Assembly (NCBI GenBank): GCA_032718475.1 | Contig: JAUCBJ010004687.1 | Location: forward strand, 1 to 59,638 | Reading direction: 5' to 3' | DNA length: 59,638 nt | DNA from: Nemertoderma westbladi | Taxonomy: Eukaryota; Animalia; Xenacoelomorpha | Part shown: positions 34,550 through 48,975 of the stretch, piece by piece | Numbering within the stretch: position 1 is the stretch's first letter | Layout of the letters: each line of letters starts with the position of its first letter | Program-made: the position numbers and the translations under genes | Notes under the pieces: generated by a model | Databases searched by the model: none | What the model was told of the DNA's origin: nothing | The model's input: only the letters and a program-made list of their open reading frames with translations

Positions 34550-37500
34550 TCACCAATGTCCGCAGCAGGATCCTGAGTAGGGAACTTATCACCTCTCGTA
34601 GAGTCACCACTGTCATTGCCTTCAAGAAGGCACAGCCTCTGGATAGGGCGTTGCGTTGGTAGTGGCCCTTTGCCGTTCGTATTGTCACAGTTCTCGCAAG
34701 TACGTCTTTACTTGGAGTTATTGCCACGACTCATGCCACAGGCCAGTGGACGCGGTCTTTGAGGTCTTCCTTCACTAGCACCATGTCTCCAACTGCGATG
34801 TTCCTATAGGTGTTGCTCCACTTCCTCCTGGTCCGGAGGGTTATGAGGTACTCTTGGGCCCAGATTCTCCACCAATGCGCTGCCAACGCTTGAGCCTTCT
34901 TCCAATTGGTATGTCTCGCAATATCGTTGGGATCTGGGAACATCGCCTCTGGAAGAATGTTGGTTTTGGGTCTTCCGAGTATATGGTTAGGTGTAAGAGG
35001 CTCCAGATCTGTGGGGTCGTTGTGAATAGGTACGATGGGCCGGTTGTTTAGGGTAGCCATGATCTCGCAGAATGATGTGCGAAGGGTGTCGTGGGTTACC
35101 CGGGTGTCCCCTAATGCAACGCGCATGGATCGTTTTACCAAGTCGATGAGCTTCTCCCATTCCCCGCTCGTATGGGGTGCCAAGGGTGTTTGGAAGTGCC
35201 ATTGTATATGGTGTTCCCTCCAGACTTGGGATGCGGTCTCTTTGGTGAACCATACCTCGATCGCCTCTCTAAGTTCTCTTTCTCCTCCCACGAAGTTTGT
35301 ACCATTATCGGAGTACATATGACGACATGTTCCATTGTTTGCCATGAACCGACGCAGGGCGTTGATAAATGCGTGTTGCGTAAGGTTCACTGCGAGGTCT
35401 AGGTAGATTGCCCTAGACCTAAGGCATGTAAAGATGGCTCCCCATCATTTGATGTTGGATCGTCGCTCGATGACTATAAATGGTCCAAAACAGTCTACTC
35501 CAGTTACGTAGAACGGCGGGGAATCGGACTGCAGTCGTGTGGCTGGTAGGTCGGCCATTCTTTGTGTGAGCAGTGGCGCTAGATATCTTCTGCAGGGAAA
35601 ACAACGCTTTAACACTTTCCGGATCAGTGGCTGGATGTGGGTGATCCAATATCTTTGCCGTATATTAGCCATAATCTAGTTCTGTCCCGCGTGATGGTTT
35701 TCCTCGTGACACTGTTGGATTAATAGCCTGGCTAGTGTTGACGTTCCGGGTAGAAGCGCTGGGTATTTGACTTCGTATTCAACCGGGGCGTTTGCCATCC
35801 AGGTATTCAGTCGATTCAGTCCGACTTCTCCCATCATGGGTCTCAATTGATATACTGGGCTGTCCGGTTTCTAGGTCTTGCCCGCATTGAGTTGTTCCCA
35901 CTCATCGGGGAAACTTTCTTTCTGGACATATCTAACAATACACTTCTCCACAATAATGAGTTCTTGTATACTTCATCGAACTACCGGTTTGTTGTCCTTC
36001 CACCGCAGGAAGTTGCGAAGGGTTAAGACGTGGTGGATGAGATGTCTCATTGAGGAGGTTTGCTCTATCAATAGTTGTAAAGACACCGCTGGTTGAGTGA
36101 TAGTCACGATATTATAGTGCCTGCCCGAGTCCTTTGCAGGCTCGGTCAGACAACTATAGATCTCCACTGTGGCGCTTCTATGGACTTTACGGATCTCCTT
36201 GTCATCTTCGGAGTATTTTCTGCTATCTAGTTCGGGATCGAATCGGGTGCTCCAGGTTAATTGTGGCTGCTGTAGGAATTCCAGGCCTGTAAGCCAGAGT
36301 TTACTTTTACCGAGTTGTCGTGGGGTGGCGCCTCTGCTCGATAAGTCCACTGGGTTTTCTTTCCCGTTTACATGGTGCCACTGTTCTCGGCCGGTGCACT
36401 GTTTTATCTCAGTGGCTTGGTTCGCTACAAACGTGGTATGTCGCTGTGATGGTGAGTGGAGGTAGTAGAGTACGATACTCGAATCGACCCAGAAATGCTG
36501 CGATTTGATGGGGATTCGTAAGTTCCGCATGTTCATGCGGTTCTGCCTCACTGCCCAAACTGCGGCCTGTAGCTCGAGTCTCAGTATCGTTGCTACGAAT
36601 TCCCCGGATACCGTCTTAGCCTTAGAGAATAAGAAGCTCGTATCGCTGTTTCCATCCTGACTTAATCTTCTTAGGAAGGTAACTACGCCAATTCCGGTAT
36701 TTGATGCGTCCGAGAAGGTATGGAGCTGGAATATATCGGTGGGTAGTTTATCAAGGAAGAACGGTCGAGGGATCTGCATAAGATGTAGATGTTTGAGTTG
36801 TTCCATCCACTTTCTCCATTTGACACTGAGGTGTGGGGGGAGTTCTTCGTCCCAACCCAGTCCTTCTATCCACATTTTTTTGATCAAATTCATTCCGGCC
36901 AATGTTACTGGAGATATGAAGTTTAGTGGATCAAATATAGCACTCTTTATAGACAGACATCCCCTTTTTGTCATGGGCTTGGGTAGGGGGTTATATTTCA
37001 AGATGAATTCATCCAATTCTATGTCCCATTCAATACCGAGTACACGGTGATCCACACCCTCAGAATACATTTTATTGTCGTCCAGTCTGATTTCCTCCGG
37101 GAACTTTTCCATAAGTTCCTTATCGTGGGATCTAAACTTTACGAGAGGGAAACCTCCTCTCTTTAAACATTCCACCATCCCCATCGCCAGCTGATATGCC
37201 TCGTAAACATTATCGGCACCAGTGCAGCCATCGTCTACGTAGAAGCATCGTCGGATGGTCTCTATGACTGTCGGAGGGAACTCGTTTTCGCACATAGCCG
37301 CTGTCTTCTTCAGCATGTCACTACATGCCACAGGCGAGTCCTTAGCACCAAAGATCCTGACAATCATGCGCATTACATCCACATCCTTCAAGGTGAGTTG
37401 ACTTATCTTCTGTGGAGTTAATGTTTTATCTGTCCATAATATACGTAGACAGTCTGAGTCTCTTGGTAGCGTTTGGACCTGGTGGAACATTGATTTGATG

Positions 37501-39152
37501 TTGCAGGTGAAGGCTATTTGGTTTTCCCTGAACCTGATCAACACGCCAATGAGTGTACTGTAGATGTTGGGCCCTGTATAAAGTTGCCTGTTCATGGATT
37601 CACCCTGATACATAACTGCAGCATCATTTATTACCCGGATTTTACCGCCCTTCTGGGCTTCTACCACATAGTGGGTTGGGAGATAATACGTCTGTCTACC
37701 CCCTTGCAGTTCATTCCGGGGTACCATTTCTGCCAATCCATCTTCTAGATATCCTTTAATTACATTATTGTATTTCTTCTTTATCTCGGGTTGGTCGTTT
37801 AACCGGTGTAGGATCCCCTTAAGCCTCCTAAGGGCCATGCTGGCATTATTCGCCATCAGTCTATCTGGGTCTTTTCACAGCATGGGCAAACACCAATGTC
37901 CATCTTTGAATGTGGCCTGATCAAGGACGTCGATACAATATTGATCTTCATCGGACGGGTTCTCGTCCTTTTCAGCAAACTTTTGGATCTCTAAGTTAAA
38001 GTATTTGGTCATTTCCTGCTGGGTTTTTTCAGTTTCTAGGAATAAATCCTCGTCCAGGTCGGTTGCGGAACAGTAGCCCACAGATGTTACATTCTCATTA
38101 ATCTGACATTTAGGGCGATAGGTATAGGTGTTGGTAGTCTCCTCTTTGATGCCGCATAGTGTCCATCCCATGATGGTGCGCTCTGCATAAAAGCCGTCGT
38201 CCGGCTTCACGGATTGGGCTACGTCTCTGGTTGGTATATGTAACTCAGGTGTGTCAAGTCCGACTAGTAGGGTAATTCGGTTTACGTCCAATGGCGGGCA
38301 TCGTAGATCTACATCTTCCCGGTCTAGCTGTATGAGGGGTGCGTATTCCGACGATTGTCGGAACCCCACTCAGAGATCGGTGTGTACCAGAGCGTTCTTG
38401 ATCGTCAGTTTGACCGTCTCGTAACCCTTCATAACCCCTTCCATCTTGAGTTGTACCTCCCCAGACTCCACTTCTCTATGGTCGGTAATAGTTTGTATGG
38501 GCCGTTTGCAAGGTTCGTAGTCAAGGCCTAGTTGTTCGAGGAAATCCCGGTCGATGATGGTTCTGTCCGACCCATTGTCAAGGAATGCGAGCGTTGTTAA
38601 GGATTTCCCGACCCCTTGAATTCTTACTGGGATTACTTTGGCGAAGACCATGTATCGGCAGTTTATAAGATTGATCATAGCCGAGATATTTGTCACATGT
38701 GATACATCGGTGGAGGTCTTAAACGGATTGGTTTCCCTCTGTTGAATCGTCCGGGTACCCTTAGAGACGTGATTCATTTCTCCTCTCCGTTTGGATTCGA
38801 TCCGGAATGGGAGGGTGGTAAAATCGAAGTTCACAGGGATGTGGAGGAGTGTGTGATGACGTAGGTAATGACAGACCGCGCAGCATGATCTTTGGTTGCA
38901 ATCCCGAACGTAGTGACATGTTCCGAGACACCAGAAGCATCCTCGGTGTTTCATTATCACCTCGAAGCATGGTACAAGTTCAGCAAACTGGAACTTTCTG
39001 CAGAATTCCACCTTATGTTTCTCTCCGCAGAAGAGACATAGAAGGGAGGTTGTGGTGCCTTCCCTTTCGGGTGCCCAATTCACTAGATAACACGCCCATT
39101 TCTCGGCTGATGTCGGTTCCTCGTAGTCCTTGTCGTTGGAATCCTCGGCCAT
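34550..39152 (-). pseudogene. BEL/Pao gag C-terminus plus pol (PR, RT, RNase H, integrase), multiple stops and frameshifts
   Basis: CLFCGEKH..C, CFWCL..H..DC, CAVC..HHTLLH; AFLDNGSDRT; YLPTHYVV..KIRVINDAA; FYVDD; LHTFSDAS, RLELQAA; GVDCFGP; YSDNGTNF; GEWEKLI. Confidence 0.92.
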
Positions 39153-39155
39153 GGT

Positions 39156-42100
39156 GATAGATAGATAGATAGATTTATTTATACATTATGTAAAAACAAT
39201 AACAAATACACCAAACAATGTACCGGTATAAAGGTATTGTCCAACATAACATATAGGATTACCCCTAAAGCTTTGCAGCTTATTTCCAAGGGGGTCCTTT
39301 ATGTTACTTGGTTACAAATACAATATTACACTACGCTAACCTAAAACCAATATAAAACGTAATTACACTATGTACATGTACAACTTTACCGAGAGCGTGA
39401 CAATGCCCGACTCAACGATAAAGATGTAATGTACAGAACAATTTATTATAAAACGTAATTACAGTATAAATAGTAAATAATTAATAAACTAATAACTTAC
39501 TGTAGGACTATTGTACCTATTTTTACATTGCACACGGAGGTGAGATTTAACTGCAGATTTAAAAGAATGTTGATTATTTAGGTTTTTAATTTCATTAGGC
39601 AGAGCGTTCCAATTTTTTATGCCGTTAAAAAAGAAAGTATCAGATTCAAAGGATTTACAATTCGGGAGGTAGAAGTTTGAAGCACTAGCTCTGGTACTGT
39701 AAGAGTGTGTATCGCGTACTCTGTTGAATTTTTGTTTTAGGTAATTGGGACATTTACCATTATACACTTTATGCACATGGTTAAGGCGTAGCTGCTTAAC
39801 TCTACTATCTAAGTTAAGTAGTCCAGATTCAGAAAAGTCATCTGGAGTTAGGTGGTGCCTAGGTTTGTAGTCTTTAATAAATCGTACTACTTTATTCTGA
39901 GCTACTTGTAATTTACATTTAAGCTGTTTGGTTAAGCCTTCATATCAAGAAGAGCACGCATAGTCCATGTGACACTGTATTAAAGAAGAGCAAAGTAACT
40001 TGCGGGAGTCGGTGTTCAAACTATTTTTATTTCTGTATAGAAACCTAAGCCTACTGTTAACTTTCGAGAAAATATTTTTCACTATGCTTTCTCCTGATAA
40101 GCAGTTATCCAATGTGGCGCCTAAATATTTAACTTCCTTTTTATTTTCAATCTTATGTCCATTACTAGTGACTTCAAACTTAGTTACCTTCTTTAACTTT
40201 CTTTTGGAACCAAACAAAATACTTTCAGTTTTACCGTAGTGAATGGATAGCTTATTATCAACCAACCACTCATTACAGGATTCTAGAACTGCACTTAATT
40301 TTTGGGAAATATGGATAGGATCTTTATGAGAGAAAATAAGAGCACTGTCGTCGGCATATAAAATGAGTTTAAAATCGGGATCTATACTACTTATCATATC
40401 ATTTACATGGCATACAAAAAGCAGAGGACCTAATATACTACCTTGCGGTACACCACAGGTAATCTCTTGTACAGTAGACTGCGATTTGCTAATGACTACA
40501 GTTTGACTTCTGTCTGACAGGTAGGACTTGAACCAGTCTATAGAACCTACACCCATCAGGCCTAACTTACCAAGCAGAATTTCGTGATCTATAGTATCGA
40601 AAGCCTTTTGTAGGTCCAACATTACCATACCAGTATATAAACCCTTTGCGTTATTACATCTAATTGTATCAGTTAAGTTAATAAGGCAGGTGTCTGTAGA
40701 ATATGATTTACGAAAACCGGACTGAAGTTCATAGATCAGATTTAGCCTACTAAGATGTGCCTCCAGCTGTAGAAAAACAGAACGTTCTAGAATTTTAGAT
40801 ACAATACTTAAGATACTAACAGGTCTGTAATTACAGGGTTCTACTTTACTATTCTTTTTATACAGAGGAACAACCTTAGCTAATTTCAGTTCGTCTGGTA
40901 CTACATTATCTACGATAGAGTAACTAATAATAAAAGTAATAGGCACTTTAAGTACTTCAGCACCATCCTTAAGAAAACGGGCAGGTATTAGATCTAGACC
41001 GGTACTTAAGCTACATAGGCTAAGTAGATTTTTAAAAACGAAATCCTCAGAAACGGGTTTTAAAAATAACTTTTCTGAATTTTGTAACTTTTCTAAATAA
41101 AAATTATTTAGAGTTTCGGACCCTATACTATATTTATTACTTGATAACGGTAACCTCTTAACTAAATTAGAGGCAACATTAGTAAAATAATTATTAAATA
41201 AATTACTAACTAGAGTATGATCATGAATCAGCTCACCATTATCTTTCAGAACAATATTCGATTTAGATTTAAGGTTTTTATAACCTAAAGATTTTAGGGT
41301 AGACCATAGACTTTTTGGATTATCTTTATTCTCACTTATTTTGTTGTACAAATATTCAGATTTAGCTTTTTTTATTTCCCGTTGGACAAGGTTTCTATAT
41401 TTGCAGTAATTATTATAATCAGCTAAAACACGGTATTTCCTAAATTTATACAAATAGTTATCTCTTTCTCTGATATTACTAAGAATACCCGAGGTCATCC
41501 AGGGCTCAGTGCGTTGTTTAAGACTAATTTCTTTAATTGGTGCTACAGTATTAAGTGCCTTTAAAAATATATCTTTAAAAACAGTGTACGCAAGGTTAAT
41601 GTCAGCGGCCTTAAAACAGGGTTCCCAGTCAGAATTAACTAACAAACTTAAAAAGCGTTCCTTGCTGTAATTTTTCATAGACCTAACTGTTACTGTTTTA
41701 TGATCCCCGAAAAAAGATTTTTGTGTCTTTCTTGTGCAAAAAACTATAAAATGATCGCTTAGACCTATAGGTAAAACACCAGATTGAGAAATAATATCGG
41801 TATTATTACAAAGGATGTGATCTAGTAAAGTAGAAGTTTTACTGGTAATTCTGGTAGAATCTCGAATAATTTGTTTTAAACCAAACAAATTTAAAATACT
41901 TTGGTACTGTTTACAGATGGGGGATGCTTTGTGATGGTAACAGATATTAAAATCACCTAAGAAATATATTTCACAGTCTGACCTAAGATTACATAAAATT
42001 GTATTTTCAAAATTTTGCAAAAAATCTGATTGTTTAGGGGGCCGATATAAAGTACCGATTAAAATAGGTTTAGTTTTAGGAAGTAAAAGTTCCACCAGTA

Positions 42101-42585
42101 AAACTTCGTCACAAGTCTCTAAATCTTCCCTACGATTAAAAGCTAAATCACATCGAATGTAAGTACAGACACCACCACCGTGTATGTCCCTATCCTTACG
42201 TAAAACTACGTAATTATCAATATAAATTTCTCCATCAGAAACACTATCATCGAGCCAAGTTTCAGAGATTGTTAAAACTGCTGGGTTGGATTTATTGATT
42301 AAAATACGAATTTCGGAAAGTTTTGGAAGCAGAGATCGTGCGTTTAAGTGCAAAAAATGCAGACCTTTTTTCTTAAAAAAATTAAAAGTTTCACTCTCAG
42401 CATCACTTGGAGTTTGCAGAGGCGATGTGAGAAATGAATCGTCGGTTTCTGATTCTAAAATTGTATCATGAAAGGGAAGTTCGGTAAAAATACAGCTATT
42501 GCAGAGAAAACTTGGTTCAAGATTGTTTCTGGTGGAGAATAAATTACTGCGTTTCCTACGGTAACATTTTAAATGTACAAATGTG
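39156..42585 (-). mobile_element. CR1/L2-group LINE (5'-truncated) inserted in the BEL gag, with (TATC)n tail
   Basis: gatagatagatagatag at 39156-39172; removing it rejoins gag as VVT-MAEDS. Confidence 0.9.
39489..42353 (-). pseudogene. LINE ORF2: APE endonuclease plus RT (in-frame stop at ~39945)
   Basis: HLNARSL, ISETWL, GDFN, LDHIL, SDH; [32 protein letters not shown]; WNALP..FK C-terminus. Confidence 0.93.
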
Positions 42586-44676
42586 TCACAACTCTCGCAT
42601 TGGACGATCTTACTCCGAGAGTTTGTTCCTCGTTGACAGACCGGACAGTTGATCTTCGGGGCCCGCGTCCTGCTGGGTCCTGGGTGATGGCCATCATACT
42701 CACCGGAGGGGGGCGGAATCTCGGTTTCGGAGTTGGTGCCCTGCTCCTAGAGTTGTTCTCTATTCCGTCTAACTTGGAGAGACTTTGTTTGGAGAACATC
42801 GAGTCATTCATGGCTTCGGAGATATCATCTAGGAATGCCGACATTTCGAGGAAACTGGGATCTCGATCTGGGTGTCTGCGTTGGAGATCTACGCATTTAT
42901 ACGCCCACTTGCTTTGCAGCCATCCGGGGAACTTTCGGGCAATCTGTCGAAGGTTTAGAATGTTGTTTACTTGTTCCTCCTTATTTAATGGTTTTAGAGT
43001 GTAGTAGGCGTCTTTCATGGAATCCGAGAACTCTTGGATATTCTGTGGGTCCCCTAGGGATCCAGTGTCCTGTATCAGTTTCTCGAGCGTCTTATTAATT
43101 ATAGTTCCGATGTTTCCGTATCTTTTGTCTAGAGTTTTCCATGCGTCGTAATACGCTTCGTGAGATCCTCCCTCGAAACATTTAATGTTTCGACGTGGTT
43201 TGTCACCCAGGTATTGGGATAAATATACTAGTTTTTGTGCGTCGGTTATATCCATTGACCCGATCTGAGCGAAGAACCGTTCTTGAATCCGAGGTAATCA
43301 ATGGGGTCTCCCTCGAAGGTGCGGATCTCCATCTTGGGCATAGCCAGGCGGTTTTCCAATGCTCGGATGATGCCGACATCGTCTGAACTGGAATGACTAG
43401 GAGGATTCTAGTTATTAACACTCTCTCCCATGCACGATGGATCGGTGAGAGGTGGAGTTTTAATGATGACGCGGTTACGGATTTGTGGTGTGGATGTAAA
43501 TGGATTGTTGGATCGAGGGGTGGCGTCCCATTCCGAGTCCTTTTCAGGCTCGTACTTGGGAACGCTCGGTCCGTGGGGTTGGATGGGAAATAAGGTTCCT
43601 CATTCATAGGCGTAACCGGTGGAGGATGGAATACCGGTGCTTGTGCCGATAACGTAGACTGTATGGTTGGCGGGAACTCGGGTATCAGAGGTTTTGCCGC
43701 CGGTGGCGTAAATGACTTCTCTAATTCCGGGACCGGGATTGGTTCATAGTTCTGTTCTATACTCCTTTCCCAGTCCTCATATAGTTGAATATCCCGTTCT
43801 ATGAGTGCTGCTTCGTATTCCGCGAGTTTCACAGTATCCGCATTCTTTTTATGGAGGAGAATCGCTTGGGCCTCGGCATGTTGTTTACGCATTTCTGCCT
43901 CTTGTTTACGTTGTTCGGCCTCTTGTTTGGCCTGTTGTTTGGCCTCTCGTTTACGTTGTTCGGCCAATTGTTCGGCCTGTTGTTCGGCCTCTCGTTTACG
44001 TTGTTCGGCCTGTTGTTCGGCCTCTCGTTTTTGCATTTCGGCCGCCAGTACATCCTGATCGATCTGCAGTTGAACATATTTGTCTTCCATTCGAGCTTTA
44101 AGGGCCAATGCCCTCTGTTCTCGTAGCTGATCTCGGAGTGGCTGACCCCCTTGAGAACTGCGCGCTGAACCGGATATCTCGCTCATAGCGTTGGAGTGCT
44201 GATGCCTCGAGGACCCCATTCTCTTTTGATGAATTGCTGTCCTGGTGCTGGAGGTCCGCACCGATTCTGCATCTGTCCTTTCAGTTCTCTTATAGTACTG
44301 TTCCTCGTAGCCTCTTACGAGGCTGAGGGTCCTCCGATGTTGTTTGCGGAACTCATCCAGATGTGCAACGTGTTCTTCCAGTCTGGGGTAGTTTACCTGA
44401 TCAGTTGCTGGAATGAGTTCCTGATATGCCTGTATCATCCTCTCATATCGTTGTAGGATACTTCGGATATTCTGTAATTGAGTCTGTATATCGCTGAGGG
44501 GGGGGGGGGGTCTCAGCTCCCTTTAGCTGTTTCTCGATGCGATGGTATGCCTGGGTCACTCCACCTTTGAGAGCTCCCAGTCGACGAGCCATGTTCTTTA
44601 CATTCGGTACCTCATCGGTTTCCGAGTCTGTGTGGGGGTCCATTTCATCAGTATCAGAGACGTTATTCGTCGTCAT
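42586..44676 (-). pseudogene. BEL/Pao gag N-terminal part with coiled-coil repeats
   Basis: EAEQQAEQRKR repeats; KLVYLSQYL..Y..AWKTLDKRYG Pao gag motif. Confidence 0.85.
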
Positions 44677-45083
44677 TCTAGCGCCTCGTTGATCGCTAGA
44701 TATGCGATATCGTAAAATAGTTCTTCGTATGTCTCGTATTCAGCCTGGACTACCCGAATGGTAATCCTGAATCGTCCAACGTTCGTTCCAACTACTGTAC
44801 TTCAACTTCGACGTGCCAGATTCCTGGCTCAACTTGGATTATATCAATAGGTGTGATCGATACTTCCATTCCCTGTTAATGAATCTCTATATGTGATCTG
44901 CCGACTACGAGTTTTTTAGTTCGAGTTTGTAATTTAATTGAACCACGGCTTTGTCTTAAATCAAATACCAGAGTTTCCTCATAGTGGGTGCTGGGTAAGC
45001 ACGGAGAGAGTTTGAAGAGTACTGTAGGATTCCCAACTTCCACCAGTTGAAGTTGGCCGCATCTCATTCTCAATTTTGTTGCC

Positions 45084-45099
45084 GTTATTCCCGACACCA
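45084..45099 (-). promoter_or_regulatory. BEL primer-binding site TGGTGTCGGGAATAAC
   Basis: TGG-initiated, directly after a CA LTR end and upstream of gag; cognate tRNA not identified. Confidence 0.65.
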
Positions 45100-46362
45100 T
45101 GGGGGAAAATGCCGATGCTGTAGGCAGAACTTTTCAGACAACGGAATCCCTGCCAGACACCGGATATTGGGAGTGGAGAAGGAATACTTTCTTGAATGCA
45201 AGATTGCGGTTGAGAAAAGTTTCATTGGTTGGATATAATCTTTAATGTAACTTCCCTACGGTTGAAACTTGATTGAGAATAAGTTGGGCTTCCCCAAACC
45301 AATATACACCAAATATTCACAATAATATAACACGACAATATAAATCCCTACAGTACATTATTTAATTACCCACTGTTCACTATATATTTTAACCTAACTA
45401 ATGTTCCCCAATTTCCCTCAGTCCTAGTCTCAGTACCGTAGTGTCGGTGTCGGTCGACCCTGTTGTGTGTCCGTCCCACCCTTCCCGAACCCCGAAGGGA
45501 TCGTTCATCAGGAAAGCGGTACGGCTTGGCTAAGGGTTGGTCAAGTCGGTAGACCCAGTTGCGTGTCTGTCCCACCCTTTCCGAACCCCAAAGGGATCGT
45601 TCATCAGGAAAGTGGTACGGCTTGGCTAGGGGTCTGTCAAGTCGGTGGACCCGTTTGCGTGTCCGTCCCACCCTTCCCGAACCCCGAAGGGATCGGTCAT
45701 CAGGAAAGCGGTACGGCTTGGCTAGGGGTCCGTCGGTTCATCACAGGGACCCAACCACCTAAGCTTTCCGAGTCCTTATTCAGGCTCGTAGTCGCTTTGG
45801 TAGCCGAGAAGCTGCTCCGAACAGTCGGTAGGCCAGTGGTGTCCGGTCCTTTGTCTTTCAACCCCGTTGCGTGTCCGTCCCACCCTTCCCGAACCCCGAA
45901 GGGATCGGTCATCAGGAAAGCGGTACGGCTTGGCAAGGGGTCTGTCAGCCCGTTGTGAGCCCCAACGGTTGGTAGTTTTCCGAGTCCTTATTCAGGCTCG
46001 TACTAACGCCGGTCATGGAACCCACTCCAGGAAGGCAGTCCTCATCGAACCCTTCCTCCGTTAGTCGGTCGACCCGTCGCAAGTCCCTGGCGTATGTCGG
46101 CAAGCTTTCCGAGTCCTTATTCAGGCTTGTAATAACTGCCGGCGACCAGGGACCGCTAAAGGTCTGTCTGTCGGTTCCCGTCGCAAATCCCTGACACGAG
46201 CAGCAGACTTTCCGAGTCCTTATTCAGGCTTGTAATAACTACTGTTGGCCAGGGACCGCTAAGGGCAGTCCTTGACCTTTAGGCCTAGCGAGTTACCAAA
46301 TCCACCTCTACAGGCAGCAGAAAGTTGGCTAGGCCTAATAGTAATCAGGTAAACCTGAATAC
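45100..46362 (-). repeat. BEL 5' LTR (outer end deleted) with internal ~90-bp tandem repeats
   Basis: Homology with 29533-30282; repeated CCCACCCTTCCCGAACCCCGAAGGGATC units. Confidence 0.85.
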
Positions 46363-46374
46363 TGCTGAATACTG

Positions 46375-46945
46375 GTTGAAATACTGCGAACATATGATAT
46401 TGAATACCAATTTCAAAAAAAAGCGGTTACTACATTTATTATTCCCATTCAAACCACAAATTACACATAAACAAACATATTTGATGGTAAAAAGCCAAAA
46501 TTGGTTATTATCGGTTTTATTACAAATAATTCATATTTGGGCGAATTAACAAGCAATCCTCTAAAACTTGATCATTTTAATCTTAGATGCGTGGAACTGA
46601 TTGTAGACGGTCTTCCAGTAGGTGGGGTAATATACGAACCTAATTTTACTGATGGAACATACATATTTGAATATACCCAATTAATGAAGAACATTAACAC
46701 ATATATTAATGGTTACGGGGGTAATAATATAAACCATGAAACCTACTTTAACACATTGCCCTCTCATATCCTGGGATTTAACAGCTGACGGCTATGTTAG
46801 GGATCCGCAATCATCGATGTATACTAATGGTCAATTAAAATTAAAATTTGCCGATCCGTTGGTTGAGACCATAAATATAATAGTTTTTAATATTTATGAT
46901 CAATCATTAAGCTTAAATAGCAGGAAAGAAATACATATTGATTAA
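46375..46945 (+). pseudogene. Polinton major capsid protein, C-terminal third
   Basis: TFIIP..NIFDGKKPKLVIIGFITN..YLG..SNPLKLDHFNL..VDG..YEPNF..EY..L; WDLTADG; LKFADPL..TINIIV. Confidence 0.85.
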
Positions 46946-46947
46946 GT

Positions 46948-47399
46948 ATGTTATCTACGGAGGACCTGGATATGTTTCTGGTGGGTGGGCACTATTTGGG
47001 TGCATTTCCTTCTAATAAATTACCAAAATTAGATAATAATGGGAGAGACTATGGGTTAATAGTAAATACAGATAAAGAGCATCTACACGGTGTTCATTGG
47101 GTGGCTATATATATATACGAGATAATGAAGCTGAATTATTTAATTCGTTTGGTCCAAAATATCCAAACAGATGTATCAAAAAATGGCTTGAGAAAAATTT
47201 AACAAGGTGGCGCTCTACGCGTAGCCAATTTCAAGACCCGAGAAGGACCTCCTGCGGACTATACTGTCTTTATTACTTGGTAAAACGAATTCATAAAAAG
47301 TATCCAATGAGAGCATTTACAAATAATGTGGAAATAAATGAAATAATATTATATAAATGGCTTGTTAATTATTATAAAATAAACCAACAAGCATTGTAA
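46948..47399 (+). pseudogene. Adenain-like cysteine protease (one frameshift)
   Basis: LGAFPSN.LP, IVNTD...GVHWVAIY, FNSFG, Q...TSCGLYCLYYL. Confidence 0.88.
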
Positions 47400-47449
47400 T
47401 TAAACATTTAACTTTTGCTTATTTAAAAACATTATTATTATTAGATAAA

Positions 47450-48023
47450 ATAGATAATGTTATTTTTGTTGATTTTCAATATTATAGGATAGGCAATAAG
47501 GAATATCCGATAGTATTTAAAGAATTTGCTATATTCGATTCTAAATACAGTAAAACTAATATAAAGACGTTTTTAATTAAAGGACCGCCAGATATTAACT
47601 TATCAGCATTAGATGTAGCCCATGTAAACAATTTACGTGATATGACATCACATTTACCATGGAATTACGGTGATATTTCTCAAGATGATTTCATAAAGTA
47701 CATGAAGAAGCATTTAGAAAATAAATAATTATATATGTATTCGGGTTAATGAAAGCCGCAATATTAAATACCCAACTTGGTGTTTACGCTCCAAAATCGA
47801 TGGAGAATAATTGGGAATATATCAACTATATTACAATTATTTAACTCCGTGTCGTTTTCACGACAAATTTTCTACTGTAGAAAATAAATGTAGTTTTCAT
47901 AAAGATGACGATAGTTGCTTAAATTACTGCTCTGCTAAGAGGATTGGCGCGTATGTGATGAAGCAATTAATTGAGGTGGGTGATAAACAGAAAGGAATAA
48001 CTGCAGTGAAAGATGTACAGTAG
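47450..48023 (+). pseudogene. Polinton accessory ORF, possible DEDD/DnaQ-like fold, with C-terminal C..H...C
   Basis: IFVDFQ...IVFKEFAI...HLPWNYGDI (translated by hand), then CSFH...NYCSA; stops present. Confidence 0.5.
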
Positions 48024-48422
48024 ATTTACTCTAAGCTTGTAATGTGATGGGATAATATAATTTTATTTTGGTGATGGTCTTAATGTATAAAAATAGAATA
48101 AAATATAATTTTTTTTTACAACAAGTTCTCTAAAAGGAATCAATTGCGCTAGGTTAACCATACATATTTGACAATATGACGTAGACGTAACATACAGAGT
48201 AAGTATTCCAGATATCATTCTAATATAGTTATATCATGAAACATCCTATACATCGCAAACTAATAACACATACAGTAGTTGACCAGTGATATAACCTTAG
48301 TAATATTAGTCAGAAATGCAACATAATCTGTACAGGATGTAATGCTAGCCTGCTGGTACCAGTACAGTAAAATTCAATAATCTGGTATAGGCCTATCCAC
48401 AGCTGTCATCCACTTTATCAGT

Positions 48423-48975
48423 ACCGGTAGTGTTCTACTCTTCCAACACTGCAGTTGCGGTCTACCGGTATCAGTAATCTAGTTCAATAGCATTTGTTTT
48501 TTCCACCTATAAGCCTACTGCAATCAGGCTGTACCTTGAATCTGAAAATGCTCAATTACTATCCTATCGCTAGCAGTTGGGGAGAAGTTCAAATTTCAAC
48601 TGAGTTGAAATTTACCGGTAGTGTTCTACTCTTCCAACACTGCAGTTGCAGTCTACCAGTATCAGTAATCTAGTTCAATAGCATTTGTTTTGTCCACCTA
48701 TAAGCCTACTGCAGTCAGGCTGTACCTTGATTCTGAAAATGCTTAATTACTAACCTATCGCTAGTACATAAGAAAATGCTTGCCTAATGACCTATCAATA
48801 GTCATCCTGTACCTTGATTCTGAAAATGCTTAATTACTAACCAATCACTAGTACATCTGAAAATGCTTGCCTAATGACCTATCAATAGTCATTCTGTACC
48901 TTGATTCTGAAAATGCTTAATTACTAACCAAACGCTAGTACATCTGAAAATGCTTGCCTAATGACCTAGCCTAGC
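48423..48975. repeat. Compound repeat: ~190-bp duplication then three ~68-bp units (CTGTACCTTGATTCTGAAAATGCTTAATTACTAACC...)
   Basis: Read directly. Confidence 0.8.

Larger units (their letters stand above)
29531..46362 (-). mobile_element. BEL/Pao LTR retrotransposon with extra 3' ORF; both LTRs truncated at the outer ends
   Basis: Direct repeats 29533-30282 and 45622-46362; PBS; PPT; gag with three Cys/His knuckles, PR-RT-RH-IN order. Confidence 0.92.
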
